Assembly (NCBI GenBank): GCA_964461205.1
Contig: CAYWUL010000001.1
Location: 28,549-92,548 of the forward strand
Length of the DNA stretch: 64,000 nt
DNA from: an uncultured archaeon
GTDB lineage: Archaea; Iainarchaeota; Iainarchaeia; Iainarchaeales; JAAZKV01
Reading direction: 5' to 3'
In this document: positions 1-7,813 of the stretch, in pieces
Numbering within the stretch: the first letter of the stretch is position 1
Layout of the letters: every line of letters starts with the position of its first letter
The notes under the pieces: generated by a model
The model's input: the letters and a program-made list of their open reading frames with translations, nothing else
The model's database searches: none
What the model was told of the DNA's origin: nothing
Program-made: the position numbers and the translations under genes

Positions 1-1381
1 ATTCTCCTTCTGCAATGCCATAAAATTCGCTAAAAGAAAGTTCTCCTTTAAGATTTTCTAATACTCCTTCTTTTTCTTTCAATAATTTTTGTACTCCTTT
101 TTCATTACAAGAATAAGTTCTTTTTATTTTTTCAAACACTCTTTTTGATTTTTCTTTTCTAACTAATTTTTCTTCTTCATAATTGTAATCAAACAATTTT
201 TCTAAAGAATTATCTCTTCCAATTTCACATATTTCTACTATTTTTCTTTCCTCTCTTTGTCCATTTTTGTTGATTTTATTAATTCTTTTTTGAACAACAA
301 TAAGATCAATTGTTGTTAAAGAATTTTTTTCTATTCCAAATGATTGCATTCTTTGTAATGCTTCAAAAGAACTTTCTGCGTGAAAAGTAGCATAACTTCC
401 TCGTGCTTGTCCAGCTAACATGGTGTTTACAAATGCTCTTGCTTCTTTTTCACTTCTTATTTCTCCAACAATTACTCGGTCAGGTCTCATCCTAAAAGTA
501 TTTTCAATTAAAATATTAAGATCTATTCCAATTTGTTCTGAAGTATTCAATTTTATTTTGTGTTCTTGTGGTAAAACAATTTCGGGGGTCTCTTCAACCA
601 CTACAATTCTCTCATTTTTTGGTAGAAAACAAAAAAGAGAATTGAGTGTGGTAGTTTTTCCACTCCCTGTGTTTCCACAAACAAGTATTGAACAACTTGA
701 TTTCATTGCCAACCACAAAAAAGCCATCGCTTCCTTGCTAATTGTCTTTGTATTAATTATATCCACTGGGTGAAATGGATTTTCTTTGAATTTTCTTATT
801 GTTGCATTTATTCCAGAAAATGCAATCGGATCCATTGACGCATTCAAACGAGAACCATTTTTTAGTGTGGCATTTATTATTGGTGTGTGAAAACTTAATT
901 GTTTTCCAAACGAAGAAACCATTTTGTTGATTATTGTTTTTATTTTTTGATCTGAAGTGATATAAATATTACTCTTTAGCCAACCAAAGATATTGTGGTA
1001 GAGCATTATTGGTTTGTCTCTTCCATTAATTATTATTTCCTCAAAATCCGGTTCTTCTAATAACGAAGTCAAAATGCTGTCCCCAAGCGTTTCCCATTCA
1101 AGTAATAACAAAACTTTTTCTCGCTGATCCTTTCTCAATAAGATATTATTTTCTATGCAATAGTTTTTTAGGAAGAAATAGATGTCAGCTTTTTTCTTTA
1201 TCCTGGTTTTTGAATACCTTAAATCATCTAGTGTATTTTCAAAGATTCTTGTCTCTCTTTCATTCATTTCAGGAAAATCAATTATGAAAAAATTCTCTCC
1301 TTTTTTTGTAACAACTTGTCCAGAATAACAATCCTTTAGTTTTTTAGAGTAGTTTATTTGTGCCAAAACATAATCCTTCAT
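1..1381 (-). CDS. FlaI/PilB-type (GspE/VirB11 family) type IV pilus/archaellum assembly ATPase, C-terminal end cut by window edge
   Basis: Not in the ORF track because there is no stop in the window. Manual minus-strand translation from ATG 1381-1379 reads MKDYVLAQINY... and stays open to position 1. Contains Walker A CGNTGSGKTTTL (about 655-690) and an RPDRVIVGEIRS box (about 470-505). Confidence 0.8.
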   Translation of the reverse strand, partial: MKDYVLAQINYSKKLKDCYSGQVVTKKGENFFIIDFPEMNERETRIFENTLDDLRYSKTRIKKKADIYFFLKNYCIENNILLRKDQREKVLLLLEWETLGDSILTSLLEEPDFEEIIINGRDKPIMLYHNIFGWLKSNIYITSDQKIKTIINKMVSSFGKQLSFHTPIINATLKNGSRLNASMDPIAFSGINATIRKFKENPFHPVDIINTKTISKEAMAFLWLAMKSSCSILVCGNTGSGKTTTLNSLFCFLPKNERIVVVEETPEIVLPQEHKIKLNTSEQIGIDLNILIENTFRMRPDRVIVGEIRSEKEARAFVNTMLAGQARGSYATFHAESSFEALQRMQSFGIEKNSLTTIDLIVVQKRINKINKNGQREERKIVEICEIGRDNSLEKLFDYNYEEEKLVRKEKSKRVFEKIKRTYSCNEKGVQKLLKEKEGVLENLKGELSFSEFYGIAEGE

Positions 1382-1687
1382 ATGATTTTTTCATAATTTT
1401 TTGTTTAAAAAATCGATCATTTATTAGACAATCAACGTAGTGTTTTGTTCATTGTTCGGAAAAAGGTTAATTTTTCGAACCCCCTAGTTTTATATATTAC
1501 TTTGAATATTATAAATTCGGGTTATCACCCCGATTTCTATAGGGTTAAAGGCAAGAAGGCAAAGGAGGAAAGGAAGCAAGCTGATTTCAACGCTTTCCTT
1601 TTCTTCTTAAAAAAATTGTCAGCACATTTTTCCGTTTTTATTAACCATTTTAGCATTTTTTAATAATTTTTAACTGATCTTTGTGGC

Positions 1688-2038
1688 TTACCAGCTTATT
1701 GTGTTCCCAATTTTTACTTTTTTTGCTCTTCCTTCTGGCATTTCTATTACATATTTTGCAGCTTTTTTTGGAGTGTAATTAGGTTTGAAAGGATTCAAAG
1801 TAACCTTGTCAACAACTTTTTTGCTCTTATTCAAAAAGATTACATCTATTGGAAAGAAAACAAATATCATGTGCAAAGAGCTCCCTATCTTACTTTCGTT
1901 TGGAAACTCAAAAACCAATGCATAATCAAATTTTTTAATATCCTCAAACATCAAGCCCTTTGTTCTCTGCCATTGCGTCTTTGCAATCCTAACTTTCTTC
2001 ATCAATAACTTGTTTTCAACTTTAAGCATAACTCTCAC
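1688..2038 (-). CDS. DUF192 (COG1430) family protein
   Basis: 116 aa. The GLMF...ALVFEF...LHMIFVFFPIDVIFL pattern is typical of DUF192. Confidence 0.6.
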   Translation of the reverse strand: MRVMLKVENKLLMKKVRIAKTQWQRTKGLMFEDIKKFDYALVFEFPNESKIGSSLHMIFVFFPIDVIFLNKSKKVVDKVTLNPFKPNYTPKKAAKYVIEMPEGRAKKVKIGNTISW

Positions 2039-2048
2039 TTAAATTTAA

Positions 2049-2249
2049 TTATTCTTTTAAAAGTTCTAATGCAGGCACTTTTATTTCTTCTAACAATTTC
2101 TCTGTTTTTCGTGGGCCTTCTTTCTCATATTCCTTTTTCATCGTTTCTAATTCTTTTGACATTTCATCAATTTCGCGCATCTTTTTTCTTAGCTCTGAAA
2201 TAATCTTTGACATTTCTTGTTTTGACTCATCAACTTCGCTAGTAACCAT
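2049..2249 (-). CDS. hypothetical small coiled-coil protein
   Basis: 66-aa K/E-rich heptad-like ORF, same strand as and tightly spaced with its neighbours. No recognisable family. Confidence 0.4.
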   Translation of the reverse strand: MVTSEVDESKQEMSKIISELRKKMREIDEMSKELETMKKEYEKEGPRKTEKLLEEIKVPALELLKE

Positions 2250-2300
2250 GTTAATAATATTCTGTTCTAGAATAAAAAGATGCTCTTTTTATGGCTAATT

Positions 2301-2693
2301 CTATCCAAGTTCTTTTTGAAGAATTCTTCTTTCTTTAATTAGCATCATTTCTTTATTTTTTAATGCTCTGAGAAACCTGGGTCTTTCTTCTGGAGTAGTA
2401 ATTGTTTTTCCGGATTTTATGTTCTCAATTGCTTTTTGTGTTTCAATAATATTAAATTCAACAATGCCCAGTCTTTTTGTTACCCTGTTTTGTTTTATTT
2501 TTTTTCTTATTGCGATTTCTCTAGCTATTTCCTCTGGAGACCTTGACCTTTTCTTTCTATCCTTACTTCCCATCTTTGTAAGTAATCTATCTAGTGGAGA
2601 ACGATGGTCTAAATGAATTAAAGGTTTCATAATAATATTGTGTTCTTGATTATTAAAAACCTTTCTTATTCTACTTTCCCTAAAAAGCATCAA
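2301..2693 (-). CDS. hypothetical basic protein
   Basis: 130-aa ORF, K/R-rich. The true start may be the internal MKPLIHL (about 2630). No family recognised. Confidence 0.4.
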   Translation of the reverse strand: MMLFRESRIRKVFNNQEHNIIMKPLIHLDHRSPLDRLLTKMGSKDRKKRSRSPEEIAREIAIRKKIKQNRVTKRLGIVEFNIIETQKAIENIKSGKTITTPEERPRFLRALKNKEMMLIKERRILQKELG

Positions 2694-2724
2694 ATTATTT
2701 ATTTTTTTGATAATCCGCCAAAGA

Positions 2725-3360
2725 TTATTTCATCACAGAGCCTGTTTCATTGCTCCAAAAAATTAGATCTAGTTCAGCAAAATCAATTCCTTGTTTTTTG
2801 CAAAAGTCCTTCATTTTTTCTTCAATTTTTAAATAATTTTTTACCCCTAAATTTCCAGGAACTTTTTCAATAATTCCGCATTTCACCAAATTTTTTAATA
2901 TGTGCCTATCAAGTATTGCTACTTCTTCAAAAAAACCAATATTTCTCAAAAAATGAGATGCTTCCTTCATCCCATAACCATTAACTTCTTTTAATAAAAA
3001 ATTTCTGCATTTTATTGGTTCGTTTGGCAAACCATTTTTTTTCAAAATTTGTTTTATTTTTTCTTTTGGAAATTTTTTTTGTGCTTCTTCCAATCTCTTA
3101 GCCTTTGTTATGTAGAAACGAACGTTTTTTACAAAAGATTCTTTTTGTTCTGCCCTTCCTTTTTCTAACAAATTATTTTTTTTAAGGAGATCAATTGCTT
3201 TCATCGCTTGTTTTGCAGAACTCTGTGGAGTCAACAAACAAAAACACATCTCTTCAAAAAGTCTCTCTCCACTTCCTTCCTTCCAAACTTTTTTGAATTC
3301 TTTCAAAGCATCCACTATTTGCTTTTCTATTCTAGAATTAGCTTTACAAAGAATTTCCAT
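2725..3360 (-). CDS. ogg: N-glycosylase/DNA lyase, archaeal Ogg2-type 8-oxoguanine glycosylase (HhH-GPD)
   Basis: GYGMKEASHFLRNIGF...AILDRHILKNL helix-hairpin-helix with catalytic Lys/Asp spacing as in archaeal Ogg. Confidence 0.75.
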   Translation of the reverse strand: MEILCKANSRIEKQIVDALKEFKKVWKEGSGERLFEEMCFCLLTPQSSAKQAMKAIDLLKKNNLLEKGRAEQKESFVKNVRFYITKAKRLEEAQKKFPKEKIKQILKKNGLPNEPIKCRNFLLKEVNGYGMKEASHFLRNIGFFEEVAILDRHILKNLVKCGIIEKVPGNLGVKNYLKIEEKMKDFCKKQGIDFAELDLIFWSNETGSVMK

Positions 3361-3362
3361 CT

Positions 3363-3884
3363 TTATCCCATTATTAATTCATCAGCATTATGCATTGACT
3401 CAACATAGTTTTCTAACAAAGCAACATGCCCTCTTTCAAATTCTGCCAATTCTTCAAAAAAAGATTTTACATTTCCTTCACTTTTTTTAGATGCTTTTTC
3501 ATAAAAATCAACTGCTTTTTTTTCTCTCCAAAGCGCATACAAAATCGCAGTCATTTCTTCTTGTCCTGCTGTAATGGCATGTATTTCTGGAGCAACATTT
3601 TTTTCAAAACCAATTTTTTGTATTTCTTCTCCGCTTTCAATTTCTGCTTTCAATTCTTCAATTTTTGCTAAGTGCATTTCTTCTTCTTTCTCCATAAAAA
3701 CAAAAAAAGATTCTAACTCAGTGCCGCGTGTTTTTTCAACTTCTTTTTTATAAAATTCTCCACTTGTTTTCTCAACATGCTCTGCTAAATTTAATGCTTT
3801 CAAAATACTCTCCTTTGAATCTGGAGACATTTGATTAATAACATCTAAAATTTCTTGTGCTTTAACAAAATCCATTTCTATCAC
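3363..3884 (-). CDS. ferritin-like di-iron (rubrerythrin-domain) protein
   Basis: 173 aa. Paired ExxH motifs (EEMHLAKI, EFERGHVALLE) in a four-helix-type repeat. No rubredoxin domain. Confidence 0.6.
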   Translation of the reverse strand: MIEMDFVKAQEILDVINQMSPDSKESILKALNLAEHVEKTSGEFYKKEVEKTRGTELESFFVFMEKEEEMHLAKIEELKAEIESGEEIQKIGFEKNVAPEIHAITAGQEEMTAILYALWREKKAVDFYEKASKKSEGNVKSFFEELAEFERGHVALLENYVESMHNADELIMG

Positions 3885-4035
3885 TAATAAAACAGTCTTG
3901 TCTTGTTATTAAAAAGCTTTTGAAGCACCTTTTCTAAAGGTGCGCGAAATATCAAGTTTTGCACCAATAACCTTTTTAAACAAAAAATTACTCAATTCTT
4001 CATAGCGTAAGCACAATATTTATAAAAGTGATAAA

Positions 4036-4731
4036 ATGATTGAATCAATAGCATTTATTCCAGACGGAAACAGACGTTATGCAAAACTTTCGGGAGTATC
4101 CTTGTTAGAAAGCTATTCTGTTGGAACACAAAAAGCTTGGCAAGTACTAGACTGGTTAACAAAATATCCTTCAATAAAAGTTGGAACATTTTACACTTTT
4201 TCTTTAAAGAACTTTCAAAGAAGTAGTTTGGAATTAAAAGTTTTAATGAGAATCTTTAATAAAGAATTAGATAAAGTAAAAGAACAAAAAATATTGCAAG
4301 AGAATCAAATTGCATTAAAGTTTATTGGGCGCAAGGAACAATTTCCAAAACAAATACAACAAAAAATGCGCGAAGCAGAAAAATACACTTCCCAGTTCAA
4401 AGAGAGAACAGTTAATTTGGCTCTTGGTTATGATGGGCAAACAGAAATAATTGATGCTGCACAAAAATTTGCTCTTGATGTACAAAAAAAGAAAGCTCTT
4501 CCTGAAACGCTTTCAACAGAATCATTTAAACATTACCTTTATTCAGATTTTAAAGAACCTGACTTAATTATTAGAACTTCTAATGAACAAAGACTCTCTG
4601 GTTTCTTAACTTACCAATCTGCATACTCTGAATTTGCTTTTGTTAACAAATTTTGGCCACAAATAACAGAAAAAGATGTGGACAAAATAATTAACGATTA
4701 TACTGCTCGAAACAGAAGATTTGGGAAATAA
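4036..4731 (+). CDS. uppS: cis-prenyltransferase (undecaprenyl/dehydrodolichyl diphosphate synthase)
   Basis: IAFIPDGNRRYAK N-terminal motif and RTSNEQRLSGFLTYQSAYSEFAF C-terminal motif. Confidence 0.85.
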   Translation: MIESIAFIPDGNRRYAKLSGVSLLESYSVGTQKAWQVLDWLTKYPSIKVGTFYTFSLKNFQRSSLELKVLMRIFNKELDKVKEQKILQENQIALKFIGRKEQFPKQIQQKMREAEKYTSQFKERTVNLALGYDGQTEIIDAAQKFALDVQKKKALPETLSTESFKHYLYSDFKEPDLIIRTSNEQRLSGFLTYQSAYSEFAFVNKFWPQITEKDVDKIINDYTARNRRFGK

Positions 4732-4838
4732 TTCTCTTAGTGTAAATGATCTCTTTAGTTTAAATAATTATTCTAAATCAAGGCTAATAATTTTGGGCCA
4801 AGAATAACTTTTAATCAACTTTGTTTAATCCTTAATTT

Positions 4839-5525
4839 ATGGTTAAAGCATTGTTTTTTGATTTAACTGACACTCTGCAAAATTTTGATTGGGATAAACA
4901 ATGGCCCCTTTTAATTGAAATAATAAAAAGAGAAACCTCGCTAGAATTACCTTTAGAAGAGCTAAAGAAATATTATCAACAAACTTATGAAATTTATAGG
5001 TTAGGAAAAATTAAAAGTGATTTTGATTTTTTTGATTTATTGTTTCTGCAATTAGCATTAAATGTTTCAAAAGAACAAATAGAAAAAATTATTCCAAAAC
5101 ATTTGGAAATGAGAAAACAATACACTTGGTTACCCCAGAATTATGACGAAACTCTTACTGAGTTAAAAAAACATTTTAAGTTAGCAATTGTGTCTTCAGG
5201 AGTATGGCCGTGGGGAGACTATGATTATGAAAAAATATTTGGTTTTCCAATGAAGAAACATTTTGATTTGATTGTTAATAGTTATGAAGAAGGATATCTA
5301 AAAGATTCTGGTAAACTATTTGAAATCGCATTAGAAAAACTATCCTTGAAAGCAGGGGATGTTGCTTTTGTTGGTGATAATTATGATAAAGATATTCTTT
5401 TTGCGAAAGAAAAAGGAATGAAAACAGTTTTTCTGAATAGAAAAAAAGAGTCTCTACAAGGGGACATTACAATTGAAGAATTAAGTGATTTGAGAGAGAA
5501 AATAGAGGAATTAAAAAAGATTTGA
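4839..5525 (+). CDS. HAD-superfamily hydrolase
   Basis: FFDLTDTL (atypical motif I), SSG, and VGDNYDKDI motif IV. Confidence 0.55.
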   Translation: MVKALFFDLTDTLQNFDWDKQWPLLIEIIKRETSLELPLEELKKYYQQTYEIYRLGKIKSDFDFFDLLFLQLALNVSKEQIEKIIPKHLEMRKQYTWLPQNYDETLTELKKHFKLAIVSSGVWPWGDYDYEKIFGFPMKKHFDLIVNSYEEGYLKDSGKLFEIALEKLSLKAGDVAFVGDNYDKDILFAKEKGMKTVFLNRKKESLQGDITIEELSDLREKIEELKKI

Positions 5526-5539
5526 CCCTGGTTGTTATT

Positions 5540-6376
5540 ATGGAAAATGTAATAATTGTTAATGAAGAGAATTTCAAAAACAAAAAAGAGAATATAAAAT
5601 CTAGTGGAGTAGACAGCTTTCAAATTGTTAGTGATTTTGATAGGACTCTAACAAAGGCGTTTGTTGATGGAAAAAAATCGAATACTTCTTTTGCGCAGAT
5701 AAGAGAAGGTAATGTTCTTCCAAAAGAATATGAAGACAAAGCAAATGCACTATTCAACAAATATTATCCTATTGAAATAAATCCAAGAATTCCAAAAGAA
5801 GAAAAGAAATATGTTATGACAGAATGGTTCCGTGCACATCTACAATTAATGGTTGACTACAAATTAAACAAGAATATAATTGAAGAAATTGCGAGAAAAA
5901 AGGTTGTTCCAAGAGAGGGATTTGAAGATTTGCTAAAATTTTCTTCTTCTCACAAAATTCCCTTTGTGATTCTTTCTTCTGGAGTGGGGGACATAATTAG
6001 AGAATTTTTATTTCACAAAAAACTCTTTTCAGATAATGTTCATTTAATTTCAAATTTGTTTGAATGGAAAGACGGCATAGCAGTTTTAGTTAGGGAACCA
6101 GTTATTGCTTCTTTTAATAAGAGTAGTTTTGAAGTTACTGATAAAGAATTTTTGAAAACATTAGAAAATAGAATTAATGTTCTAGTTTTGGGAGATGCCA
6201 TTAGTGATTTGGAGATGATTAAGCCTGAAAAGTTTGATAATGTTTTGAGTATTGGTTTTGTGAATATGTTTGTTGAAGAACATTTAGAAGAATACAAAAA
6301 ACACTTTGATGTTTTAATAACTAATGATGGTTCTCTTGATTTTGTGAATCAACTTTTAAAAGACTTATTCAACTGA
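5540..6376 (+). CDS. HAD phosphatase resembling eukaryotic-type pyrimidine 5'-nucleotidase (UMPH-1/NT5C3 family)
   Basis: VSDFDRTLT DxDxT motif, large cap insertion, LSSGVGD and LGDAISD motifs. ORF-track start 5522 is TTG; ATG at 5540 (MENVIIV) is preferred. Confidence 0.6.
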   Translation: MENVIIVNEENFKNKKENIKSSGVDSFQIVSDFDRTLTKAFVDGKKSNTSFAQIREGNVLPKEYEDKANALFNKYYPIEINPRIPKEEKKYVMTEWFRAHLQLMVDYKLNKNIIEEIARKKVVPREGFEDLLKFSSSHKIPFVILSSGVGDIIREFLFHKKLFSDNVHLISNLFEWKDGIAVLVREPVIASFNKSSFEVTDKEFLKTLENRINVLVLGDAISDLEMIKPEKFDNVLSIGFVNMFVEEHLEEYKKHFDVLITNDGSLDFVNQLLKDLFN

Positions 6377-6387
6377 TTGTTTATTAT

Positions 6388-6427
6388 AGCCCTGTCGTCT
6401 AGTGGGCAAGTATTAATCGCCTCCTAA
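6388..6427 (+). other. tRNA-like 5' fragment (acceptor 5' strand, D-arm, anticodon-loop-like CTCCTAA) with no 3' half in the adjacent 70 nt
   Basis: AGCCCTG-TC-GTCT-AGTGGGCAA-GTAT... parallels the D-arm of the neighbouring tRNA-Gln. There is no GGG-containing acceptor complement or T-arm before 6494. Confidence 0.3.
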
Positions 6428-6493
6428 TTTTTTCTTACACTTATTGGTTTTAGACATCCAAATAAAAAGGTTCTGCTCGAGAATTTTTGTAAT

Positions 6494-6566
6494 AGCTCCG
6501 TAGTATAGGGGACAAGTATGTCTGGTTCTGGGCTAGAAGACCCCAGTTCGAATCTGGGCGGAGCTA
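6494..6566 (+). tRNA. tRNA-Gln (anticodon CTG)
   Basis: Manual cloverleaf: acceptor AGCTCCG/CGGAGCT, D stem GTAT/GTAT, anticodon stem TCTGG/CTAGA, loop TTCTGGG, T-arm CCCAG-TTCGAAT-CTGGG, discriminator A. Confidence 0.85.
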
Positions 6567-6577
6567 TTTTTTTTAAA

Positions 6578-7720
6578 TTAACTTCTAGCAATTCCTAAAA
6601 GTGTTTTTGCCATGAACCAGTAAGAAGGTTTTTTTGCTAGTTTGCCAATGAATTGACTTGGTTCGTCCATGTCTCCTTCTTTTTCTAAAAAATCTTCAAT
6701 TCCTTTGTTCTTCAATTTTTCGAACAACTTATTGATTTGTTCATTGCTTAAATTATTAATATACTTTCTAATTTTCCAATGCACTCTAAGTTCTTTTTTT
6801 ATTTCAGATAAGTTTCTTTCGTAATCTTCTATTTTTCCTTGTTTTTTTAATGTTTCTGCAATTGTTTGTGCTAGAACATTTCCTGCTTTCATTCCAAACA
6901 CAATTCCTCCTCCGCTAGTAGATTTTGTTTGGAAAGCAGAGTCTCCAACAAGCATCATGTTTTCTTTTTGTATTCCTTGCAGAGGCAAACTATAAGGTAC
7001 AAGAGATGAAGTAGCAGCATACGCTTTTACAGCGGGCATTTTTTCTCTTAAAAAATCTTTAAAATTTTGTGTGATGTCTTCTCCTAAAATGTTTCCTAAA
7101 CCAATTTTTGCTTTTGTTTCGCTCATTGGAATGACCCATGCAAAAAAACCTTTTGCAAAATCTCCTAAGTGTAATTGTACGTATTCTTTTTCAAATTCTC
7201 CTGTACAAGTTGCTTGTATTGTGTGTACAAAATTTTCTTTTTGTGTTTTCAAACCCATTAAGTGTCTTACTGTAGAATTTACTCCGTCTGCTCCAACAAC
7301 ATATTCTGCCTTCCTAATTTCTCCTCGTCCATTAGCTTGTACAAACAAAGTATTATTTCTCACATCAATTAGTTTTGTGTTTGTTGCAATATGAATATTC
7401 AAGTTTCTAGCTTGTCTCATTAGATCATTGTCAAAAGTTTTTCTATCTACAACGTAAGCAACCGTTCTTGGTCTAGTAACTTTTAATTCAGTTCCATTTG
7501 GAGAATAAATTTTTGCTCCCCTAATTTCATTTAGTAAACTTCCTTGTACATCAACTTTTAATTCATCAATTCCTTTTTTAGAAATTAGTCCGCCACAATT
7601 CTCTGGAACACCAATTCTTTCATGTTCTTCTAAAACAATCGAATCAAAACCTTCTTTTTTCAATCTTATTGCTGTTGCTAGTCCTGCTGGCCCCGCTCCT
7701 ATAATTGCGACTGTATTCAT
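6578..7720 (-). CDS. geranylgeranyl reductase family flavoprotein (archaeal lipid/polyprenol saturase)
   Basis: N-terminal FAD fold VAIIGAGPAGLATAIRLKKEG...LEE; about 380 aa, as in the GGR family. Confidence 0.75.
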   Translation of the reverse strand: MNTVAIIGAGPAGLATAIRLKKEGFDSIVLEEHERIGVPENCGGLISKKGIDELKVDVQGSLLNEIRGAKIYSPNGTELKVTRPRTVAYVVDRKTFDNDLMRQARNLNIHIATNTKLIDVRNNTLFVQANGRGEIRKAEYVVGADGVNSTVRHLMGLKTQKENFVHTIQATCTGEFEKEYVQLHLGDFAKGFFAWVIPMSETKAKIGLGNILGEDITQNFKDFLREKMPAVKAYAATSSLVPYSLPLQGIQKENMMLVGDSAFQTKSTSGGGIVFGMKAGNVLAQTIAETLKKQGKIEDYERNLSEIKKELRVHWKIRKYINNLSNEQINKLFEKLKNKGIEDFLEKEGDMDEPSQFIGKLAKKPSYWFMAKTLLGIARS

Positions 7721-7813
7721 GATAGATTTATGGCTTAAAAGATTAATAAATTATTCTAAAAAAGCCGTTCTACTTTAAAAACGAAAAAAAGGTTAGGGAT
7801 AAAGCAATAAGCT

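Noticed and set aside
420-773. 117-aa + strand ORF in the ORF track
   Set aside because: It lies antisense inside the clearly coding minus-strand FlaI-type ATPase gene (Walker A at about 655-690). Its composition is low-complexity and hydrophobic, typical of an AT-rich antisense frame.
1445-1663. 72-aa ORF and a locally GC-richer patch (about 1520-1610) with small hairpins (TCGGG-ttatcac-CCCGA; GGAAAGGAAGC...GCTTTCCTTTT) in the 306-nt gap between the DUF192 gene and the ATPase gene
   Set aside because: The ORF has no ribosome-binding site or family resemblance. For the GC patch I could fit no tRNA, C/D-box or other known RNA motif on either strand. It may be a terminator/promoter region or an sRNA, but the evidence is too thin to call.
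6428-6493. Possibility that the tRNA-like fragment at 6388 is an intron-containing tRNA whose 3' exon lies before tRNA-Gln
   Set aside because: The interval is AT-rich and has no GGG run to pair with the acceptor CCC. It has no GCGAT-type anticodon-stem complement and no GTTCRANYC T-loop, so a cis 3' exon cannot be built.
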